In this document: piece after piece, positions 23,752 to 36,631 of the stretch | Layout of the letters: each line of letters starts with the position of its first letter | Position numbering within the stretch: the first letter of the stretch is position 1 | Assembly (NCBI RefSeq): GCF_018977255.1 | Contig: NW_024704742.1 | Span: 137,640,001 to 137,704,000, forward strand | Origin: Callorhinchus milii | Lineage: Eukaryota | Direction: 5' to 3' | Length of the DNA: 64,000 bases | Position numbers and translations under genes: made by a program | Notes under the pieces: model-generated | What the model was told of the DNA's origin: nothing | Seen by the model: the letters and a program-made list of their open reading frames with translations, nothing else | The model's database searches: none

Positions 23752-26700
23752 GTACGTACTTTCCAATCAGAAACCTGACTGGCTTTAATTACTGCTTTAC
23801 CTTTTACTGGAATAATTACAGTCATGTGATATCTCCTGCAAATAAGATTCCCGTCTCTAAACTGAACAGAACTGTGTTACTCACTGAGCCCCACAGTGTA
23901 AGTGTTTGCCTCACCCTTTGGAACTCCATCCCACAGTCCCTTCCCCTCACCCCTCTCTTGATGTCCTCCCGACATGAAAGGTGCTATACAATTTGTTGTT
24001 GTTGAATCGGTGATCTTCCCATCCTGCGCAGAATACTGTCTGTGATGAGGTGAGCAGGATACGTCCCTCTGGGGACAAAGTGCACATCTCATTCCAGACA
24101 CACAGACATTTCCAGATATAGGTGGAATTCTGAGTAGTTTGGTTTGAAGACTCTTCAGCGCAGTGATGAGTTTCCTCTGTTATCAGACACCCGGCTGACC
24201 GCAAACAAAGTGTCTGTGCTGGCGCTAGTTCTCACTGCAGCTCTGTATTCTCATCCAGTTTCTGACTGTTAAAATGTTTGCATTTTTGTAGCACGAAAAC
24301 AGCCCCTCCGCCCGTTCATTCCATTTTAAAAATTGTTATTTTCTTCACCAGCTGCCCATTCACACCCTCTGGCTCGCTCTCTCCCCCTCACCCCAAACCC
24401 TTTAATATTCCTCCTCTTCATACATCTATCCCATTCCCTTTGGTAGACTTGACAGTGGATTCCTGTAGCACTTGCCTCGCAGGCGAGAGGCATGAGCTCG
24501 ATTTCCGGCAGGTCTGAAAGTTGGGAAACTTTCCTTACTCCACTCATTTTTGCTTACCTAGCAGCAATTAGGAACCTGCTTGATCCATCGACTGGTGGAT
24601 CGCTTTTCCATGCGTAATAATTCCTTCAGAAAAAATAATAATAAATTGATCAATCAGTCTACAACTGTATGTGGGGCATCGCTGATCACAATTGGCTTCT
24701 GCTTGTTGTTCACAAAATGTACAGTCAATTCACTTTATGCAAAGCGCTTTGAGACGCCTCGAAAATGAGAAAAGGTGCTAGATCAAATGCAAGGATAATT
24801 ATTATTATTATTCTGAGTGACGGAATTTGTCTCAACTCCGTTTGTGACAGAAAATTTCACAATCCCACCTTCTCTGTGTACAGACAGGGTTTTTAACCTC
24901 CTCTCAATTTCTTTTTTTGTGATGGTTTTAGATTAATTCCTGACTGGCTGAGGAGAGGATAAATCTATTTTTGTGAATCTCTGAACCTTTGTGACCTCTA
25001 TCAGGTCACCCCTAACCTTCTCAGCCCTCGAAAAAAAAGCCCCAACCTCTCAAATCTCTTTTAGTAACTCAAAACCCTAATCCCTGAGTACATCACCAAA
25101 CTGCAACTTTATCATTGCTTTTATATCCTTCTTACTGGGGGTCCCAAAACTGTCCACAATACTCCCAGCTGTGACCTAACCAAGCTCTTGTACAAGCTCA
25201 GTGTTACCTGTTGTGTTTATATTTGTGTTCTGGTTCACATTACACCATGTCTGTCCTCACAGGGCTCAGTGAGAATAACTGGACGATGGAGACCCCCGAT
25301 ACAGTGACCGGCAGGTTAGGGTCACCGGTCACCGTGTACTGCAAGTTCACTCACCCTCACCCCAGATACACAGGGAACATCACCATCATGTGGAAGGGAG
25401 ACTGGACTGGTCCTGCGCATTTTAATTATACAAATTATGGGCCGGATTCACAGGGAAAGTATCAAAATGTTATTGATGTAAACGAGGGAGAGCGACACCG
25501 AGTGATTGGGGACCCGAGAAGGAACGACGCTACAATAAAGATAAACCAACTGAGGGGAGAGGACAATAATAAGCTGTGGTCCTGTCGTGTGGAGCTCCAG
25601 GGTGAGGACGGAAAGTTTGAAACTGGGCCCAGAACACGTCTGATTGTTACAGGTGAGGAACGATGGGAAGTGGGAATGAGACGTGACGTTCCTCACTGGG
25701 GCCGGAGTCAGTGGGAAGTGTCCCGTCCCAGGACGGGCAATAGAGAGCCAGTGTTCCCTGTGATGGACGGTGTGTAGCAGGGAGCTGACAGGTGACAGTG
25801 AGTGAGCGGCTGCAGGGAGGGAGGGCTGTGCTGTACACTGACCTGTCACTGAGCACCTGGAGGCTGAGGCGGCCTCACTGTGGGGTTGTCTATTTGCCGA
25901 GGCCCCTCACATGAGGACCTGGATTCAGAAGCTGGTGATCAGTAAGCCTGGGACGTGGCAATGGATCTCGAGAACATCAACAACAACAACAACAACAACA
26001 AGATTCCATTTATAGAGCGCCTTTCACGTCAGGAGGACGTCCCAAGGCGCTGCACAGTTGGGTCATGACCCGAGCAGGGGGGAAATGGTCAGGGTGAGGG
26101 GAGGGAAGGGAGGGAGAGAGGAGGGGGAAATGGTCAGGGTGAGGGGAGGGAAGGGAGGGAGCGAGGAGGAGGAAGAGAGTCGAGAGGGGAGCTGAAGGCT
26201 CGGTCAAAGAGAAAGGTTTTGAGACCGGCCTTGAAGGAGGAAAGGGAGGAAGCGGCGAAGGCACTGGGGGATGGAGTTCCAGAGCCTCGGGGCTGAGAGG
26301 CTGAAGGCCCGACCACCGATAGTAGGGCGGTTGGGGCGGGGGACGTGGAGCAGACCGGAGCCAGAGGAACGGAGGGTACGGGCAGGTAGGTAGGGGATAG
26401 TAGGTTGGAGAGGTAGGAGGGAGCAAGGCCGTGAATGGCCTTGTAGGTGAGGATGAGGATCTTGAAATCAATCCTCTGGGGGATGGGGAGCCAGTGGAGG
26501 CGAGCGAGGGTAGGAGTGATGTGGTCCCGAAGCCTGGTGCGGGACAGTACACGAGCTGCAGAGTTCTGAATGACCTGCAGTGTGGAGGGAGGTGCCGGGA
26601 AGGCCGGCGAGGAGAGAGTTCCCATAGTCCAGCCTTGAGGTGACAAAGGCGTGAACCAGGGTTTCAGCAGCGTGAGGGGTGAGGTAGTGCCGTAGTCTGG

Positions 26701-29700
26701 CGATATTCCGGAGGTGATGGAAGGCGGTGCCAGTTGTGGTGCGGATGTGAGGGAGAAAGGACAGCTCAGGGTCGAACAAAACGCCGAGGTTCCTGACTGG
26801 CTTTGAGAGGTGGAGAGTGCAGCCTTGGATGCTGATGGTGTCAGCGCCTGAGGTGCGGAGGCGCTGACGTGAGCCAATCAGGAGGGCCTCGGTTTTTCGC
26901 ACGTTGAGCTGAAGAAAGTTGTCTCTCGTCCAGGACTCGATGTCGGACAGGCAGCTGTCAGGACATCGGTGGTCGTGGAGTTGAGAGTAGAGGAGGAAAG
27001 GTAGAGTTGGGTGTCATCAAGGTGGCTGGCAGGTCACAAACTTCCCTGTAAGGTTCTCCCACCACAAAAAAGCCGGTGTAAAGCAGGGACTGGCTCCACA
27101 GTGACATACCAGGCCACAGGACGTCGGGCAGGAGTCAACCCTCTGTGGGGGTCTCTAGTCTGGTTCCTGAGCCAGGCGGTCGCAGTACTCCAGGGCACTG
27201 CTGATTTGGCATCAGCCTCATTGGCAGACCAGTCACTGGGCGCGACCATTCCCACTCAGCTCAATAACACCACAGATCTACACAAGCAGCAGGAAGCTTG
27301 CCACACAGTGCCGTCACTGGCCAACTGTGCTGTGGAGTCCTGTAGTGTAGTGGTTAGAGCACTCGCCTCACAAGCGAGAGGGCTTGGGTTTGATTCCCGG
27401 CAGGGAGAAAGCTTGGGCAAGTTTCCTTACTGTACAGGCCTCTGTTTACCTAGCAATGAATTGGAACATGATTGGTAGTCGATTGGTGGATCACCTCTGG
27501 GGGTAATAATCTCTCGAAAAATAATTTTAAAAATAATTTGGTCACTTAATCACCGACTGTTTGTGGGACACTGCTGGCACAATTGACTGCTGCATTTTTC
27601 CCACAAAATATACAGTCAATTCACTTTACAGTACATTCTGTGAAGCGCTTTCAGATGTCTCAACAATTTGAGATCAAATGCATGTATTATTATTTTTATT
27701 ATTATTATGATTATTATTATTATTATTATTATTACTATTATTATTATTATGCTGTTTTTGCTCCAATTTGCCCCAAACACATACTCTGGTGTCCCCAAGC
27801 CTTGCACTTGCCAACATGTGCATAATACTCTCTGAATTAGATACTCAGAGTGGATATATATGGAGTACTCACTCTCTGCTTTAGATACTCTCTACAACAG
27901 TGACAGATTTCTGTATGTATCAGGAAATCAGCTGCCCCAACACATGAGGAGGGATTTTCTCCTTGGGTTTACACCAACAATCCTCCACCTGAATTAGGTT
28001 GTTCAACAAAAATAATAACTTGTATTTATACAACACCCCTTGTACAGGGCGGCATCCCAGAGCCTTCATAACCATTGGGGTCCTTCATCTGAGTAAACTC
28101 GCTGCAAAACAGTTCCTACATTTGCCAGTAATCATGTTATTAGTGCTATAAAAAAACAGGGTTAGACTGTGAAACATTGTGCTTCCAAGAGGCTCATAGA
28201 GGGTGAGTGAGGAGCACAGGCCTGAGGGAGATGGTGCCATGAAGAGCAGGTAACATATCCAGGATTTCACAGTGTGTAACATGTACTCTGTCACACTGAC
28301 TGCTCTGCACTATTCCAATCCTGTTCCTGTCTCAGGTCATGAAGAGAAGCTCCGGTCAGTGACTGGTACCAAGGGAGGTGATGCCACACTGCCCTGCTCC
28401 TTCACCATCCCCAACACATACCAGAATCGTGCCACAGTCACAGTGCTTTGGAGGAGAGGGAGGCCACATGGGCAGCTGGTGTTTAATTACACTCTTGGCC
28501 TCGCCGACCGATCCAACTCCAGGGAGTCAGAGACAGTGAATGAAGGAAATCGCTACAAGCTGGTCAGGAATGTGGGAGATGGAGACGCTTCCCTGAAGAT
28601 CAGGGGCCTGGAGTTAAACGACAATGGACGGTATTTCTGTCACGTACACGTCATGTTTATTATGGAAGGATCCCATCAGGACCAGGTGACACAGGACATG
28701 TCACAGCTGCTGGTTGTTGGTAAGAGATCTCTTGTCTTTGTGGGACACGGAAAGGGGTGAATGAACAGGTCATCACTGACGCAATGTTACAGACGAGGTT
28801 TGTCTCATTCCTTACCCTGTTTGTCATGTGTTAATTAGCACAAGAAACATGGTATCAAAAGGCGGAGACTTTAGTTTGTTACTGGGGACAGGGTTTCTTA
28901 CCACTTGTCTCCTGTTAACCCTACAAGCTAAAGCCTAGGGTGATCCTCGCTGGACAAGCAGCGGGAAGCTTGACAATTATAAATAATGTGTTTTTGACTA
29001 GATCCAGGATTGGTCTAGATAGAAGGTTCATCTGATGTTATCCTTAAAGAACACCAGCAACAAAATCACATTTATAGAGGCCCTTTCACATCAGGAGGAT
29101 GACTGAAAGTGCTGAACGGAGCTCGAGCATGGGGAATGGGTGATGAAGGGGTGAGGGAAGATAGAAATGTGGGAGGATGACCCAAAGAGAAGGGTCTTGA
29201 GACTGGCCTTGAAAGAGGCAAGGGAGGCAGAGCATCGAGACAGTTCAGATGACACCAAGGCAGCAGAGAGGGAGCTGGGAGGGAGATTGTTTTCCAGGGG
29301 CGGTAGGAAATTGAGGTGGGATGGATTGAATGGTGGTGGGAAGAGGGATTGAGGAGTTGAATGAGATGAAGTGATGGTCCGAGATGATTTTGTCGGTGAT
29401 GGTGAGGTCCGAGATGGTGAGGCCCTGAGTGATGACCAAGACGAGAGGGTAACCGCGGAAGTGGGAGATGGAGGGGATGTGGAGGAAGAGGTTGAGGGAG
29501 GAGGTTAGGGAGGAGAAGTCAGCAGAGGTAGAGCAGGAGGGCTGAAGTGAAGGTTGAATTCCGAAGGTGCTGGGACCCAAATGGACTTGAATATTGGAAA
29601 AAGGAATTTTGAAAAGTGTTTAAAATGGAACATTGTGAACAACATGAAAATGCACAAAAAAAGAGAAGGGATTAGAGTAGAGAGCTCCAGTGGGGGAGTG

Positions 29701-32700
29701 AGCACCAGCACAGACACGATGGGGAGAGAGCAGGCAATGGGGTTAGAGTAGAGAGCTCCAGTGGGGGAGTGAGCACCAGCACAGACACGATGGGGAGAGA
29801 GCAGGGAATGGGGTTAGAGTAGAGAGCTCCAGTGGGGGAGTGAGCACCAGCACAGACACGATGGGGACAGTTGTTTGGTTTGAATATCTGTGTTTCTTTA
29901 TACCTGAAGCTCCGGCCGTCATCCTGAGTCTGTCCCTCGTGGCTGGAGGTGACATTGTGTGCACGGCTGAGGGGAAACCACCGGCCAACATCACGTGGAT
30001 CGACCCCAAGAATAACACGCTGCCCATTAACACCAGCCACACGCCAGTCACACATGTACCGGACAAGCATCAAACCGTGGGGGAGATCCGGGGCCCGAGG
30101 CTGAGGGGAACTTACCGCTGTGTAGCTGAGAACACACAGGGCAGAGACACCCGAGACATCCTCGCACCTGGACCACAGAGCAATGGTGGTCGTACTGTAT
30201 ATATCGTGGTATCCATTGTGGTGCTGCTCGTTCTGGTGACTGCCATCATTATCTGGCGGGTAAAGAGAGGTAGGTGTTTACAGACAAAGGTAATGTTTAT
30301 TCCAAGTGAGTCTGTCTCAGCCGCTCGCACTCTCACCTCTGGCTCAGCAGATTATCTGCCGCGGTTATCTCCATAACAACATTCACTTTCAATTGTAATT
30401 ACTGTATAGCGCTGCCTATCCACACACTGGGTATCCCGATCCATGCAGTGGATATATATATCCTTGTTTCCCATTATCCACATGCAACAAGAACAACAAA
30501 TTACATTTGCATTGCACCTTTCACATTCACATCTTGAAGACTGAGGTAGATAGCTATTTGTTAGGTCAAGGTATTAAGGGATATGGGGCAAGGGCAGGTA
30601 ATTGAACTTGAGGTACAGATCAGCTATGATCTTATAGAATGGCGGAACAGGCTGGAGGGGCTGAATGGCCTACTCCTGTTTCTATGTTTCACGTAGGTAG
30701 GATGGCCCAAGGGGCTGCACAGTCAGTGATCTGGACCCCAGATGGGGATTGGGATCAGGGAGTTTGGAGGCCAAAGAGAGGAGGGTGACCAAAGGTGTGG
30801 TCAAAGCGAAGGGTCAGGACATGAAGGAAGTAAGGGAGAGATCGAGGTGAAGGGACAGTGGGATGGAATTCCAAAGTATGGGGGTAAAGAGGCTGAAGGC
30901 CTGACAAATACAGAGTGAGGGAGAGCTGAGACAGCCAGAGAAGGAAAGGTAGACAGAGAGATACAGAATCACTCAGAAACCTGATAATTGTACTGTTTTA
31001 AAAATCACAAAGCAATTAATGATGTGAAGCTCAAAGCGTGAATGCAAATGTATGGTGATCTTGCTGAAATGGGCATTGGATTAAGACGGTGAAAGCCTCT
31101 GAGTACTTTCATTACCGGCACTTACACCGGCACTTCTTCAGCACACTGAGCAGTGGCCAGTGACTACCAATAGACGCAACTGGGGGTGGGATTAGAGACC
31201 ACCAGTGGGGGAGAGAGCACCAGCACAGACATAGTTGAGCTAATGGCTTCTTTGGATGGTGATATGAGCCTGGCTTCCTGCTTCAGTAACACCACACAAC
31301 AGGAAAAGGAGAGTTTGCCACAAGTCTTTCACTGGAATAAAATGTGCACGAACAAAGGTCATCAGCAAACTGTCTAAAGCAATCTCTCATCTTTCTTTGA
31401 TCTCTTCAGGTGGTGGTGTCGGACATTGCTGCCAGTGTTCACAGAGGTGAGAAATCCCTTTACTTGTATATTCACATTCAAGTTGCTAATTGCTATTGAT
31501 TGTGTGGAGAGTGGAGTGGGCTACGGAGAATGGGGTGTGGAGAATGGGGTATGGAGAGTGGAGTTGGGTGCAGAGAATGAGGTTGTGTGGAATTAGACTA
31601 CCAAGACCACCACAGAGGGTGGACTATATTCCGACATGCCATTGCCAAATTTCACCTTAGAGCCCGCTCATCCCTAAGGAGACCCTACTTACTAACCCAC
31701 CTCCCAAAAAAGTCACAAATCCCACACGCAGCTATGAGTTAAATCGTTTTCTCGGGGTTTGGACCTGCGATCACACCGGTCTCTACGTTCACCCATTCAC
31801 TGGAAAACACGTTGAGCCAAAAGAGAAGCATGCTAATAAGGGAAGTGACATCAGTGGTCTCTTTCAACAGCGTGATGTTGGTCCTTTAGTAATTATTATA
31901 ATAATCCTTGCATTTTGATATAGCGCATTATCACATCTTTGACACGTCTCAAAGCCCTTCACAGAATATACTTAAAATGAAATGACTGTATAGTATGTGG
32001 GCTAGACACAGCAGCCAATTAAGCACAGCAGTGTCCCACAAACAGTCGTGGATTGAATGACCAAATTATTTATTTATTCATTTTGAAGGGATTATTACCC
32101 CTGGAAAAGTGATCCCCCAATCAACTAGCAAACTAGCAAATATGGGGACAAAACAAAATCCAGGAAGGGACTATTATTTAAATGGTAAGAAAATACAATA
32201 CACAATACAAAATTACATTTGTATAGCACCTTTCACGTCGGGAGGATGTCCCTGAAAATAATCTGTACGGAAAATGAAAAGGACCAGGGGATCCCGATTG
32301 ACAATAAATTGAAGCTATCGCAACACTGATCAGCAAACCAGATGGTGGGTTGCATTAAAAGGGCAGTATTGAGCTGAAATAGTAGGGTAATCCTGCCACT
32401 TTATAAATCACTGGTGCAACCGCACTGGAATACTATGTGCAGTTGTAGTCACCGCAATATAAAAAGGCAATATGATTAAGGTCTTTAAGATTCTGAAAGG
32501 AATAGATATGGTAGACCATGACAAGCTCTTTTATCTTGTACTGAACAGTAGAACCAGAGGTCACGGACTGTGATTGAAGGGGGTTAAATTCAGAACAATC
32601 TGTGGAAATACTGCTTCAGTGAGCGAGCAGTAAATTTATGGAACAGACTCCTTAAGGAGACAGTGGAAGCAGAAAATGTCATTTGTTTCGAGAACGAATT

Positions 32701-35700
32701 AGATACAACTCGCATTTATATAGCGCCCTTCATGCGGGGTAATGTCCCAGAGCGCTTGGCAGTAGTGGAGTCCGACACCAAGCCAGGGGGAGAGGGAGGA
32801 AGGAATTGACCGTAAGCACGGTAGGCAAAAAGTAAAGACTTTAGGCAGGATTGAATCAAATCAAATTATTATTTCAAAAAATGTTATTCCTCAAAATCCC
32901 TCAACCCTTCCTCCTTGACCCCTCCCTCCCCACATTTTTGGGGAGGGAAAAGATTTCTGCTAGAAAATAATATCAAGCTGAATATCTCAGGGTACAATAT
33001 ATAGTTTGGGACACACAGTATCAAGGATTGCCAAGATGGTGGAAGGCGAACGGTTGTGTCACAAGGATCTTACCAATTTAACATGCACGTGCATCAGTTG
33101 TCTTATGGTTATTTGCTAATTTTCTCTACTTCCCTTTTCTCGTATACAGCCTTTCTCCAGTACTTTTCCCAAATGGCCATTGTTGATGGGTGTTTGCCAG
33201 TCAGTGTTGGTCTTCTATCCTGAAGCAAATTCTTATGTTCTTATGTAGGAGCAGTCAAAGAGGAAGGTCTTGAGATGCATCTTGAAGGAGGCCAGGAAGG
33301 GGGTGAGATGGAGGGGCTCCAGGATGGAGTTCCAGAGGGTGGTGACAGAAAGGCCTGAAGGCTGAAGGCCTGACTACCGATAGTGAAGCGGGCAGGGCAG
33401 GGGAAATGGAGCAAGTCAGTGCCTGCCAAGCAGAGTGAACAGCCAGGTTTTTAACCTTTCAGTGGGTCGCAGAGGTAGGGAGGAGTAAGACCATGCAGGA
33501 CTATCTACGTACATAGTGTAAAATCATTAGAGTTATGGAAAGTTAGTCAGAAATTCCACCAAATTAATACAGCAACCACTTTGATCCTCCACCTTGAGAT
33601 ATTCTGCTGCCCCTCAACTGACTGCTCGTTTTTTCCCTTTTATATTTTCCTGCCATTGACAATTATCTAGCCAACAATGAATCAACAATAACTGATCACT
33701 AATCCTCTCTGAAACAGCCTGAGGTCGAGTCCCCACAAGATTCAGCGCCTCGGCACGTCCTCCTGACGTGAAATACGCTGTAAAAATATAATTTCTTATT
33801 GTTGTTGATCTCAGCCTCAGTAAAGATGAGCCTGTGTGTCACTTAGAACCAGAAATTTTACAGTACAAGGAGACCATTCATCAGCCTATCATGTCCGCAG
33901 GAAAAGCTCTCTGTTTAGTGCCATTCTCCTGCCTCATATTCACATGTAGGGTTGACTACACAGCAGTCACTCACTGACTGGCAAACACCCATCAACAATG
34001 GCCATTTGAGAAAAGTACTGGGGAAAGGCTGTATGCGAGAAAAGGGAAGTAGAGAAAATTAGCAAATAACCATAAGACATGTGATGCATGTTCATGTTAA
34101 ATTTAGCATTTACTAAATTTAATAAGTGGTGTTGGTAAGATCCTTGTGACACAACCGTTGTTTGCGTCATTTACTGGTAAGATACTTGTGACACAACCTT
34201 TGTTTGCGGAACCTTGCACAATGAAATGATCAGTTGCACATTTCTTATCAACTTTTCTTTCATTTCCCCAATCTTTTATCCAACTGAATCTGAAGCCAAT
34301 TGAAGCCTCGTGCTGTCCCCAGCTGAGATCACTAACCTATCAGTCGCTTGGGATTGGAATTTACCAATCTGGTTTGTTGTACGCTCACTGGTCACTGGAT
34401 AAACTCACTGAACCAGCACAGAATGTCTAATAATAGGTGATTGGTAAATCCTGTGGTTTTCTTTCATTGGATACACTCAGTTCCCTATGAGGAGAAAGAA
34501 GTTCCCTATGATGAGACGTCTCAAAGCGTTTCACAGAATATGCTGTGAAGTGAGTTGACTGTATATTCTGTGGGTGAAAGAGAGGAACATATATTCACAA
34601 ACCTGGATTCTACGCAATATCTTCCAGCAACCATCATCCCAAACCATTTCATCCTAAAGCCTTTGTTTAGGCATACAATGATTCTGGAGGGAGAGGAACT
34701 GGGGGAGGGTTTTTTGTCTCTTGTGGTTGAGCTGCTCCAACACGAGTTGAGCTGTTCAGCTCACCCTAACAGATTCGAACAGGGATGACCAATACAGTCA
34801 TGTAATAATCCAAGGTTTATTCATTAATACAAATAGCTTAACTTATTCTTAAAACTGAGACAATAAATACAATAGAATCGATATTGATTCCACTGGAAAA
34901 TGTGCTGACCCTCTACACAATTCCAACTATCTCAAAGTTGTATCTTTCTTTTATGTGTTTCTAACTCCACCTCCACTTCTCCTCAAATGGCTTCTCCTCT
35001 AGACCCCAGACCAGCTTGTGTGGCATTGGTCAGCATGTCGACTGAGAAACTCACTGCTTGTCAGCCTCCCCAACTCCTCCCTCCATGGCTGCAGATCACC
35101 CCCATCCTTGCCCAAGTCCACTGGCTTCCCATCACACAGAGGATACAGTTCAAGATCCTGGTCCTCACCTTCAAAGCCCTCCATGTTTTTGCTACCCCCT
35201 ACCTCTCCGACATCCTAACCCCCTACCACCCTGTTCACTTCGTCTGCTCAGCGGCGACGGCCTGCTTCACGTCCCCCGCCTTACTCATACCACTATCAGT
35301 GGGCGGGCCTTCCGCCACTCTGCACACACTCTCTGGAACTCCATCCCGCAGTCCCCCTGTTTCGCCCCTCCCTCGCTACCTTCAAGACCCACCTCAAGAC
35401 CCTCCTCTTGACCGTGCTGTCGATCTCCCTTCTTCTCCCCGCCCTCCCCCCTCCCCCACCTTGACCCCCAGCTTGGATCTGAAACTCTTCTATCCCGCGC
35501 CTTGGGACGTCCTCCCTATGTGAAAGGCGCTATACAAAGGTAATTTTGTTGTTGTTGTTGTCACAGAGATAGCCCCCTCCCTGCGCAGGCGGGTAGCAAA
35601 ACTTGAGCTGCTTGAGCTCCTTATAACTGATAAGGAGAAAGAGAAATGCACAGTTAATTGGGAGGATTCCTGTTTTTCAGTCTTGAGCAAATCAGATTTC

Positions 35701-36553
35701 CAGGAGTAGGCTTCTCTCTGCGACCCCCTTGTTTTCACACCTGTGCTCAAGGACATGATTACTCAACTCTTAGATGGGAGGATGGCAATGGGTCTCAGGC
35801 ACCGAGCCAGGGAAAAGTTACCAGAACCTGATCTCAGCCGGGGTCAAGCCAATATATCTTTTCCTTTGCTAACACTAATTGGCACATGTAACCTCTCAGG
35901 GGCCCTAAGTTAGTCTTTTAAAAGCACCCAGCCTTGCCTATCTATGCCCTAGTAGCTAAGGAATCCCAAAATAACTGACTCTCTGATCAGCGAAATAATC
36001 GCTCACTGTTTATCCTATCGTGCCCCTTTCTGATCTTGAAACTCAATCTGGCCACCGCTTAACCCTCTCAGCTCCTGTGAAAATGCCCAACCTCCCATGC
36101 CATCAACCATAGAAACAGAATGGGAGCCCAAAACTGTATGCAAAGTTTGTGACCCATTAACATTCTCAGACCCAATGCCTCAAGAGTCCCTTCATAACCG
36201 ACCCTCTGCTCTGTGGTCATATCCTAGTGAACAACAACAAAATTACATTTGTGTAACGCTTTTCACGCCGGGAGGACGTCCCAGTGAATCCATTTGCTTT
36301 CAGCCACTTTGCCCCACTCTCTAAAACTCTCACCTAAAACCAACCTCTCCACCTCGCTTTCTACCTTGAAAACCCGGTTCTTTGATGGTTCCATCGATTG
36401 TGACTGCGCGGTCTCCCACACACTTCCGACTCCTGCTCCTTCTCTGTGAAGTGATTAGAGAAGATCCCTGACATGAAAGACGCTATATAAGTGCAAGTTC
36501 CTGTTCTTGAATCTCCACCACACCTGGTCTGTGCCTTTTATATCCTTCCTTCC

Positions 36554-36631
<78 letters not shown>

